Part shown: positions 11,401-19,400 of the stretch, one piece after another | Layout: each line of letters starts with the position of its first letter | How positions within the stretch are numbered: the stretch's first letter is position 1 | Origin: an uncultured virus (IMG/VR IMGVR_UViG_3300032116_013561) | Taxonomy: Duplodnaviria; Heunggongvirae; Uroviricota; Caudoviricetes | IMG/VR virus record: IMGVR_UViG_3300032116_013561 | DNA length: 64,000 nucleotides | Reading direction: 5' to 3' (one strand) | Position numbers and translations under genes: made by a program | Notes under the pieces: generated by a model | What the model was told of the DNA's origin: nothing | Seen by the model: the letters and a program-made list of their open reading frames with translations, nothing else | The model's database searches: none

Positions 11401-11612
11401 TCGGTAAATAACCAACTAATTTCCTTTACTAATTCAGGTGACATTTCTAATTTAGCATGAGCAATATCACCTGCCAAATAAATCATTGAGTCTTCCGTAC
11501 CTCTTTTACGGATTTCCTCAAACATTTTTTCAAATACTTGTCTGAACTCTTTGTGCCTCTTTACGTTACGAATGTGTATATCCGCAATATGATAAATTCT
11601 TTTTAACTTCAT
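8460..11612 (-). CDS. sbcCD: Fused Mre11/SbcD nuclease and Rad50/SbcC ATPase (gp47-gp46-like)
   Basis: Phosphoesterase motifs HIADIH, GDIAH, GNHD, GDIH; Walker A APNAAGKSS; coiled coil with CQFC zinc hook; signature CSGMEK; Walker B VIDEGFGTLD; ISH. Start set at 11612 (ATGA overlap with primase stop). Confidence 0.92.
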   Translation of the reverse strand: MKLKRIYHIADIHIRNVKRHKEFRQVFEKMFEEIRKRGTEDSMIYLAGDIAHAKLEMSPELVKEISWLFTECSNTCPTILIAGNHDCNMNNQDRLDVLSPIVEALNLPNFTYLKDTSVHWVDGVAFSVFSIFDNKDNWIMADDFSLQSARLKVALFHGPVDHSQTDIGYVVSSRHFTTDLFDGFDLALLGDIHKRQELISPKGCKCVYAGSLVQQNFGETLDKHGFLVWDLETLTYEEVDIKNDYGYYTMDIIAGVVPDVTDLPVHPRLRVRFSDTDAADTKRAITEIKVKYGVEDFTTIRTDSFQKKKTGDRDNQLELEDITDVNYQNSLITDYIQRMMPFATAEDVAGVQSLNKDINSRIVLDELTRNVQWKPVRFEFSNMFSYGEDNVINFDKVNGLMGLFAPNAAGKSSLFDAISFCLFDKCSRAFKASHIMNNRKSDFHCQLDFEVEGVSYSIRREARTINKGKNVKVDVQFWKEGDSGKESLNGTERRDTNQVIEGYVGRYEDFVMTALSLQGNNALFIDKSQSERKDLLAQFMGLDIFDKLYEAASEEIKEVAVLIRNFKRTDFTTELAQKETDLKSQKETLKDLNKTQREQNESKDGIQNQITELSKSITPIDSKLDLVALENAESTIERKIQTNESDKETKITKINEYIGLLGEVSQSINEHAEVNGMPIDEAKKEWDLAKGKLADVQTQIDKLEAQYEANLEKLKHLEQHEYDPNCQFCMNNVFVKDAIQTKEVVKTQESQLETLNIAHHALIKATEPFSEVEDVWAKLIELRNKYTRGVVVKEKAEAELNGLETQSQLLQTQLEGVQADKTRYFENEATIKKNGELNEQIKKLEGDKKEIEKQIKDTNKQILSVTGTIGSIESYIKATKAKMDEVKELEHKNILYTYYLDAVKKDGVPYELISKAMPVIENEVNNILAQVVDFSLSMDTDGKNINAKIVYEDQEWNLEMCSGMEKFISGLAIRVALINICGLPRPNFLVIDEGFGTLDADNLSSLFMMMQYLKTQFDFIWVISHLEQMRDIVDGLIEIKKENGFSKINF

Positions 11613-12544
11613 ATATTGTTCAACTTTGCCATCATCAAATCTTCCCAACTTGTCTCTTTGGCGGATTTTAGTATTTCATTTACTTTTTGGAATCCCATAT
11701 CACCAGCATCTTTATCAGTTGGTATGATATTCCTAACTTTAATTCCATTCTTAATAAACCATTCGGTATGTTTAGTGGAATCATCTACGGCATCAGAATC
11801 TAACATAATAGTTACATCCTTAACACCCTTTTCCATAATTTTATTTTTGAGTTTGCTGAGTAAAAATTTACCCAATAACGGAACTACATTTCTTTTGACT
11901 GAGAAAGAGTCAAATACTCCTTCAACTAATGTGATTGGTTCATTCCAATTAATCATATTCTCAAATACAATCACATCCCTACTAATTGGTGGATTCTTAT
12001 ACTTCATTTTCTCATCCTCATAAAATGAACGAGCTACAAAGTAATTCAAGTCACCATTATCATCGTAGGAAGGAATAATAACCCGCCCACCATAAAGCCC
12101 ATCTTCACAATACCCAATGTTATACTTTACAATATCCGCTTGAGTGATTCCTCTTTTGGTAAGATAGTGAAGGGCTTGGGTATAAGCGGGGTTAATACCT
12201 TTTGGTTTGAAATATAATTGTTTGAATTCTTTTGGTAGTTGTAACTTTGCTACAAATTCCTCTTTTGGGTCATATTCGGGCTCATCACCATATACATCCT
12301 TTACAACGGATATATCTCTAAGGTCCACATTAAGTTTGCGGAGAAGGGATGATATACTTCTACCCTTAGAATCACACACCCAGCAATGCCATCTTTGGGT
12401 ATCTAAGTTTACCTGTAATTTCTTTTTGTGGTGGTTACAAAACGGGCAATAGTGTGCCTGTTCATTACCCTTTAAGGATGAACCCACACCTAATGCGGAG
12501 TCTAATATTGTAATTATTTTTAATTTGTTCTTACCCGATAGCAT
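11609..12544 (-). CDS. dnaG: DNA primase (zinc finger plus TOPRIM)
   Basis: CPFCNHHKKKL...WHCWVC zinc finger; YFVARSF, KYKNP, LVEGVFD and LDSDA motifs. Confidence 0.88.
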   Translation of the reverse strand: MLSGKNKLKIITILDSALGVGSSLKGNEQAHYCPFCNHHKKKLQVNLDTQRWHCWVCDSKGRSISSLLRKLNVDLRDISVVKDVYGDEPEYDPKEEFVAKLQLPKEFKQLYFKPKGINPAYTQALHYLTKRGITQADIVKYNIGYCEDGLYGGRVIIPSYDDNGDLNYFVARSFYEDEKMKYKNPPISRDVIVFENMINWNEPITLVEGVFDSFSVKRNVVPLLGKFLLSKLKNKIMEKGVKDVTIMLDSDAVDDSTKHTEWFIKNGIKVRNIIPTDKDAGDMGFQKVNEILKSAKETSWEDLMMAKLNNI

Positions 12545-12572
12545 ATTTTGGAGTATATCTACAAAAACTATG

Positions 12573-12604
12573 TAAATATACTACTTTTTTGGGATATAAC
12601 CAAA
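12573..12604 (-). promoter_or_regulatory. Bacteroidota housekeeping-sigma-type promoter upstream of primase
   Basis: Minus strand TTTG-N20-TATATTTA, one mismatch to the -33 TTTG / -7 TAnnTTTG consensus. Confidence 0.7.
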
Positions 12605-12805
12605 TTAATATCCAGAATTCTTAATATCAATAAGGAAGTCAGCTAAAAACTGAAGTTTATTGGCAATAGTTTCTCTAGGTTGGTTTTGAAGAACCATGTT
12701 TTTAAGGTCTAATAAAGATGCAGCTGCTATTGAATGTGCATCATCTTTTGAGTTTAAGTAAGAATCGGAAATTCCGTATTTCTTGCAGATTTCTTGAATG
12801 TTCAT
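12605..12805 (-). CDS. Hypothetical protein (66 aa)
   Basis: Co-directional ORF that fills the gap. Confidence 0.6.
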   Translation of the reverse strand: MNIQEICKKYGISDSYLNSKDDAHSIAAASLLDLKNMVLQNQPRETIANKLQFLADFLIDIKNSGY

Positions 12806-12817
12806 AACGTTTGTTTA

Positions 12818-13225
12818 TTAATATATATCCTTTCGGAAGAATTTTCCCATTAAATTTTCATTAATAGATTGTGGGTCAGCCAATACATCTAATTTGAACT
12901 GCCACCAAACTTCCCAATATGTAAGTGATTTTTTACTAAAGCAGAATTGAATTATTTCTCTTTCAAAATCCCCAGCTCTACCTTCTTTTACCTCTTTTTT
13001 AATCCATTCGTTTGATGAATAGTATGTTTCCCAATCGGAAGCTTTACGAACTACTCTTTTACGAACCTTTCCCTTTAAGGGTTTCAAACGGCGAGTTTGA
13101 GAAAGTGATTTTTTACCAATGTAGAATTTACCGGTGGGTATGTGAATTATCTTATAGACAAACCCAATAGCACCCTCTGGAGTGTTTTCCTCTGTAACCT
13201 TTATTCCATTAAAATTCCAAGACAC
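12818..13225 (-). CDS. GIY-YIG family nuclease-like protein
   Basis: GFVYKIIHIPTGKFYIGKK motif, WETYYSS, FEREII. Confidence 0.75.
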   Translation of the reverse strand: MSWNFNGIKVTEENTPEGAIGFVYKIIHIPTGKFYIGKKSLSQTRRLKPLKGKVRKRVVRKASDWETYYSSNEWIKKEVKEGRAGDFEREIIQFCFSKKSLTYWEVWWQFKLDVLADPQSINENLMGKFFRKDIY

Positions 13226-13447
13226 TTATTTAGTTTTTATTGAATCTGAATACTTTTTTGTAGTATCGTATCCACCAGCTCCTGCACCTAAAGGACCTTT
13301 TCTTGGCTTATCTAAATTTTTTGCAACTAAATCTTTTGATTTTTCAAATGGTTCTTCCAAACCAATTGGAGTTTTGTCAATACCTTTAGTATTAGCTGCA
13401 CCTGTTTTTGGTACTTTTTGTTTGTATAAATCTATTAAGCTAGCCAT
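13226..13447 (-). CDS. Hypothetical basic protein (73 aa)
   Basis: ORF preceded by the ATATTTAT motif at 13468-13475. Confidence 0.6.
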   Translation of the reverse strand: MASLIDLYKQKVPKTGAANTKGIDKTPIGLEEPFEKSKDLVAKNLDKPRKGPLGAGAGGYDTTKKYSDSIKTK

Positions 13448-13479
13448 TTTTATTTTTTTTACTACCTATAAATATAACC

Positions 13480-14436
13480 TTATGTATCAAAACGAACAAT
13501 AAAATTTACTGGGTAATCCGGCAGTGATTTTATTGGTTGTGGTAATTTTGCAACTGCAACCATATTTAATTCATCATCATATAAACCAATTGTAGTAACA
13601 TATGGTGCTAAATAAGAACCAGTAGGGTCTATTGATGAACTATATTCATAATCATCAAAACTACCAAATTTTTGATTTATAGAACCGCTTGTATATCCAG
13701 ATATTTTTGAATATATTGGGTAGTTGCTATTTCTAACATATCTAACACCCGGTTTAATTATTTTTTTAGTATATGTTTCTGTTAGACTTTTATCAGTTGT
13801 TTTATTTACAACAGCATATGATATTTCAGCACCATCCTCATAATAAGAACTTGGATTGGTTGAGTAATTAAATTCATTTTCTAAAACAGACAAAAATATT
13901 TCGTTTTCATATATAGTTTTTGTAGAACGAAAATCTATACTAAAATTGGAAAGAGTAGAACCACTTACAACATTTCTAGTTATTACCACAAGCCCTCTAT
14001 CATAAAAAACATTACCATGTACATTACTTCCACTATCTATTAAATTAGAATATCCATCATCTGTATATAAATCACCATTATCATCTACAACAACGCTACC
14101 TGGCTTTATACCTTCGCCATACATATTTTGTGGAATTGATATAACAGCCATATTTTCTTCTAAAACTCTTTCATCAGTTGATGCATATGATTTCCTTCTA
14201 CCAACTTCAAATAAAACAGAAGCTGTAGCTGGATTGTTATAGAATTGAGCTTTTACAGAACGAAATAAACTTACTTTTGAAAAGTTGTGAGACTTTTCCT
14301 CTATTTCAGAATCATAATCTCCAAAACTACCACTTTTAGCAAATATTGGATTTATGTCTTGCTCATCTAATGTCCATTCTTTATATACCTTAAAAGGTCT
14401 TACAACAATATCTGATTTTGGAATCTCTTTGAACAT
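13480..14436 (-). CDS. Baseplate/tail structural protein
   Basis: C-terminal PYVTTIGLYDDELNMVAVAKLPQPIK motif, paralogous to the C-terminus of the next gene; lies in the baseplate cluster. Confidence 0.6.
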   Translation of the reverse strand: MFKEIPKSDIVVRPFKVYKEWTLDEQDINPIFAKSGSFGDYDSEIEEKSHNFSKVSLFRSVKAQFYNNPATASVLFEVGRRKSYASTDERVLEENMAVISIPQNMYGEGIKPGSVVVDDNGDLYTDDGYSNLIDSGSNVHGNVFYDRGLVVITRNVVSGSTLSNFSIDFRSTKTIYENEIFLSVLENEFNYSTNPSSYYEDGAEISYAVVNKTTDKSLTETYTKKIIKPGVRYVRNSNYPIYSKISGYTSGSINQKFGSFDDYEYSSSIDPTGSYLAPYVTTIGLYDDELNMVAVAKLPQPIKSLPDYPVNFIVRFDT

Positions 14437-14470
14437 TATTTTTTTCCGTTTAGTATAAATATCTTATAAT

Positions 14471-14497
14471 AAAAAAACCCCCTTTCGGGGGTCTTTT
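14471..14497 (-). terminator. Intrinsic terminator
   Basis: Minus strand ACCCCC-GAAA-GGGGGT followed by a T run, just after the 14519-15730 gene. Confidence 0.85.
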
Positions 14498-14518
14498 ATA
14501 ATCATAATCTATTTTTTA

Positions 14519-15730
14519 TTAGAATGATAATTTAACTTTGATTAATACTTCTTTATCAAATGATTTAACAATTGGTTGAGAAGTTTTAGCTACTGCAATC
14601 AATTCGTTTGAATCATTTAACAAACCTACAGTTGTAATGAAAGTTTGTGGGTCACTTTCAAAAGTTGGTTCTGTGAATGAACCATCAGTATTAACATATG
14701 TAGGGTTATTTGAATAGTTGAATTCTCTATTTGTTGCTCTTACAAAGAAATGCTGAGTTGAAATATTTTCAGTTCTACGTGCTTCAAAATCGTTAGAAGC
14801 ACTTATTGCTGAGAATAATCTTCTGTGGTTGTATTGTTCAGAAGTAGTACTTAAACTTCCACTTAAATTTACTAAACTTCCATTTACTCTTACATTACCT
14901 ACAGTTCTACCAACTGCTTTAGGATTTAGAACAACTATACCTCTATCAGGATAGAATAATCCATATCCTTCACCAGTTCCAGCATCATAAGTTGTATTAA
15001 CAGTTGCTTCATTTTGTGTTCCTAAATTAAGAGAACCACTTACAATATTGAAAACTCTACCAGCTTTTCCATAAGTGTCTCCAAACTTTTTACCACTATC
15101 ATCAATAAATGAAAACAATCCATTAGAACCAGACAATCTTAATTGCCAGTTACCAGCATCCATTTGCTCTCTATATCTAGCTCTAGAAACATTAATTACA
15201 TAAATCTCATCAGAACCAGTTGATAAACCAGCTGAGTTTACAAATGAGAATGTTGTATCGGTTGGGTCTAACAACATAGATTTGTACTGAGCGTAAGTTC
15301 CTTTTGTTGCCAATAAAGAACTATCATCAGTTGCTAAATCTACAGAACCATATCCATTTACGTTTCCGTAAGCAACTGCAAATTGTACTTCAGCTGAACT
15401 ATCTGTTAGTGGGTGTGCATTATATACGTTCAAATAATATTGTCCACTATTTTGTGCAGCTTGAGTTGAAGAAGTAAAGAAAGAAGTTAAAGAACCACTA
15501 TCTCCACTCCACAATCCAGTTGTTACAACTTCAGTTTTTGCGTTTACTTTATCAAAATCTCCAAATCTTTTATAAATTCCAGTTGTAACTCCAGCTGTAT
15601 TAGTTGAAATCTGCTGTCCTGCAGGTAATACAGAATTAAGAAGAGCTACGATTTGGTTTGTATCTATTTGCCCAGAATTAGCTAGTGCTGATATTTGGGC
15701 GGTTACGTTAGGGTCATTTATTAGTGCCAT
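14519..15730 (-). CDS. Baseplate/tail structural protein
   Basis: C-terminal TFITTVGLLNDSNELIAVAKTSQPIVK motif; GLFYPDRGIVVL resembles GNVFYDRGLVVI of its neighbour. Confidence 0.6.
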   Translation of the reverse strand: MALINDPNVTAQISALANSGQIDTNQIVALLNSVLPAGQQISTNTAGVTTGIYKRFGDFDKVNAKTEVVTTGLWSGDSGSLTSFFTSSTQAAQNSGQYYLNVYNAHPLTDSSAEVQFAVAYGNVNGYGSVDLATDDSSLLATKGTYAQYKSMLLDPTDTTFSFVNSAGLSTGSDEIYVINVSRARYREQMDAGNWQLRLSGSNGLFSFIDDSGKKFGDTYGKAGRVFNIVSGSLNLGTQNEATVNTTYDAGTGEGYGLFYPDRGIVVLNPKAVGRTVGNVRVNGSLVNLSGSLSTTSEQYNHRRLFSAISASNDFEARRTENISTQHFFVRATNREFNYSNNPTYVNTDGSFTEPTFESDPQTFITTVGLLNDSNELIAVAKTSQPIVKSFDKEVLIKVKLSF

Positions 15731-15745
15731 TTCTTATCTCCTCCT

Positions 15746-16369
15746 TTATGCTTTATATGTTACGGTTACAGGAATAGTTTGAGAGCCTCCAGTTTCATTT
15801 CCATAAACAGTGATAGTTGTTTTAACATCACTTGTTAAGTTTGGATTTGGAGTAAATCTAAATTCTAATCCACTTACAACTTGTGCGGTTGTTGTAATTT
15901 CTTCTCCCAAGAATACAGGCACCGAACCGGCTGCTGTTGCTCCTCTAGTAACAGTTAGTGTACCAGCTCTTTGGTCTGCTAATACTACAGTGTACCCTGC
16001 GTTTGAATTTCCAGCAGGAGAAGTTGTTGGAGTCATACCAACACCACCTTCGGTTTGGAATACACCAATTGCACCTATACCCAATGATACAACAGGAATC
16101 TGAGTTGTTCCTTTTGGAAGCGTCACTAATTTGTATCTCAATACTTGAGTTTCATCAGGTGATGCTTCAGTAATAGGAATTGCTCTAATTGCTGAATCAT
16201 AATAAGCCGAACCTTTTGGGTGTGCTGGTTCGTAAAGTGTGTAATCAATCTCATCATCTCCCAAAGCGAATTTGGTGATACTAAGAGATTGACCGGATGC
16301 TAACTTTTGTCTACCCTTTTTGGTTAGGATAGCATCTACAGTTATTTCTGTATTATCTAAATATGCCAT
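15746..16369 (-). CDS. Baseplate/tail structural protein
   Basis: N-terminal AILTKKGRQKLASG...ITKFALGDDEIDY resembles the start of tail-collar/baseplate fibre-attachment domains. Confidence 0.55.
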   Translation of the reverse strand: MAYLDNTEITVDAILTKKGRQKLASGQSLSITKFALGDDEIDYTLYEPAHPKGSAYYDSAIRAIPITEASPDETQVLRYKLVTLPKGTTQIPVVSLGIGAIGVFQTEGGVGMTPTTSPAGNSNAGYTVVLADQRAGTLTVTRGATAAGSVPVFLGEEITTTAQVVSGLEFRFTPNPNLTSDVKTTITVYGNETGGSQTIPVTVTYKA

Positions 16370-16429
16370 TTGATATTGTTTTTAATGCTTTATTTCTAAA
16401 ATAAATATAACCAATTATTATTTTCAATT

Positions 16430-19400
16430 TTAATCAACTTCAAGTATTGGTTCACCACTACCTCTACCAGTCTTAGCCACTCTAAGAATGTTAGGATTAG
16501 TTGTAAATGTTTCTACCGCAGGTAACCCATCGGGTGTTGTTGCTGATGTTTGTTGAGAACCCTTAAAGTAAGAACGTTGCAATCCCTCACCTAAATTATT
16601 TGTAAATCTATAATGTGAAGGTAGGTATCCATTAAGTACGTTTGATTCAATAATATCACCACCGGTTGAAACAGATATAGTAAGTGGAACAATTGAAACT
16701 TTATATTCAAAACCAGTATTTGATACATCTTCATAAATAACTTGGTCACCAGGCTGTGCACCATTTACAGGGTACCCAGCTACTTGGGTAGGTACTTTAT
16801 ATGTAAACTGATTTTTTGTTATGTAAACATTTTGTATACTTGATGTTGTGTTACCAAATACTTCATCAAAGTATGTGATTTTTGTTTTTCCACCAACACC
16901 AAATAATCCGAATCCAATATTTGATAGAGAATTTCTATCCATACCAATTTGTTGAAAATCAAATGAATCATAAAAACCGGTTAATGTTTCACCAGTTGGA
17001 GCTTGTATTTCAACATTATACATTGGTACTGAAGCTTCCAAAAATTCTTCTGTATTATATTCAATTGTAGAATCATAGAATGGTGTTTCGGTTTCTAATA
17101 AAGTTGCATCTTTTACATTTATTTCAGAATCCCAATTACTTAATTCAAAATCCAATTTAGTTTCATCCGAAACCATTAATAACGCATCTTTAGATTCGTA
17201 TGAAAATTCAATTTCATTGTTATTATCTATGTTAATTGATGTTTCATAATCATTTCTTTCGGAAACCGGCTTATCCCATCTTACTTTACTTCTTTCTAAA
17301 AAGTGTGGTTCAATCAACAAACCTTTAGATATTTTAGCTCTTGCTGGCGCAAGGTCTGCTAAAACATCAAATAAAGATTTATCAATATATCTTACTAATT
17401 GAATATATTCGTAGATATTTCTATCCAATCTTTCAAAATAATATTCTCTTAGTTCTTCCAATGATTTATAATTTTCTTTATATTCATCAGATGGGTCACC
17501 AATATAGTTATCAATATTAAAATCTCCAAATGTTTTTAAGATATCCATATTCAACTCCTTAATTGGAGAGAAAAATAAACCTAAACGAGAAGAATCTATT
17601 GGAGCTCTATCAAATGATTTTTTAGTTGCCCTTACTTTATAGGAAAGGTCACTAACCAATTCAACATCTTCAAATCTAATTTTGTTACCATAAGTAAATC
17701 CTAAAGATGGAACATTAGCTGTTACAGTTCTGTCATATGGTTCATATTGGAATGGATATGATGATGCTGAATAAAAGTTTTGTGCATATGCATATGTTTC
17801 ACCATATTCTGTGTTGATAGCAACATTTTTAATATTAACATCAGATGTCCTATCTTTTGGATATTCAAAATCTAAACGATATAATAAATCTGAAGTTGAT
17901 GCTGTGTATGAGTTACCATTAATTGCATCAGGGAATTTTGAGTGATTATCAAATTTACTTCTTTCTAAAGGAACTTTCCATAATCTGAATTCATCAATAG
18001 TTCCTGAATATCCATCACCACCAATTAAAATATTTGAACCAGTTTCCCATTGGTTATCATTATAAAGAATTGACATGCTGACAGATGTGGTAATTCTTTT
18101 TCCATCGGTTGTATTTAACCAAACTTCAAATAAAGAACCAGTACCTGCATAGTTGTATCTATTAATTGCTACATTTGAGTAGTATTCTGTAGATATTGGA
18201 AAATCTAAACTTCCAGTTTTCAAATCAGGTCCATACGCATAAGTTATAGTTGATACAATATATGGTGTATTTGGTCCAGATGTTGCAAAGTATGGTTGTA
18301 ATGCATCGTTTCCACCAAAATTAAATTCTAATTTACCAAAAGAACCAGTTGTTTGCACCAAATCAAGAGTCCATTCACTACCACTAATAAGTGTAGCTTT
18401 AGAAACTATTTCGGATGGTTTGAATCTAAATTCTATTGTTGTTGGATACTCTGATGTTGTTGGTGTTACATGCCAAGGAACTCTTATGCTTGAAGTTTGG
18501 TTTAATAATATAGCTGCCGTTCTATCATCAAATGTAAATTCTGTTGTTGCGTTCTCAGCAGGATTTTGCGGGCCGCCAAACTCCATTATTGTCAACATAG
18601 ATTGTGGTACGCCATAACAAGCCATAATAGCTTTCATAGCTCTAGCAGTACCTTTGTGTTTCAGTAAGTATGGTAGGTTGTTTAATATTCTTCTCCAAAC
18701 TTCTTCATTAGCTTTATAAAGTGGCATTGAATATTTTTGAGAGCCATCTTTATTTTTTCCTAAAGCATATTCCCATAAAAATTGAGAATCAAATGCTCTC
18801 CTACCTTCCCAACCAAATGATTCAAGCATATGATAAACCATTTGATTCATCATTCCTTTAGTTGGACTGTGTTGTAAATCTCTATTTTTATTTAATCCAT
18901 TTATTGCTGTCCAAATGTTATCAAAATGATAACCAATCATATCTAAGAAGGTAATAAAATCTTTATTTTCATAATCTTCAGTTAGATATTGTGGAATATT
19001 ATTTACTAAATAATTTGGATTTTCCTTATCATACGTTTGAGCTTCTGCAATTATTAAATCATACCAAAGTTGTACATCATTTGTAGTTGATGCTTTTGGT
19101 ACGCCCGCTGTTTTTGGATAAGATAAAGAAGAACTTGTATCGGTGTATAACCAATTTTCAAATCCATCAAAGTTTCTTTTTATCTCATTTATAGAATCTA
19201 AATTTTTTGTAAATTCACTTATTACCGATACGGATGAAGTCCAATTTGAATTACTAACATTAGAATTAGCTAATACATCATATCTGTCTTGATAATTTTC
19301 AATAAGTTGAACTTTATAAATAAAGTTGTTAATTCTTTCTTCGGCTGAACTAAAGTTTGTAAAATTTTCAAACATATATTCAGAACCGCTTATATAATCT

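Noticed and set aside
12818..13225. GIY-YIG genes (also 61787-62116) as mobile homing endonucleases or intron markers
   Set aside because: Both are short catalytic-domain-only ORFs with no DNA-binding extension, and neighbouring genes such as thyA, primase and phoH are uninterrupted.
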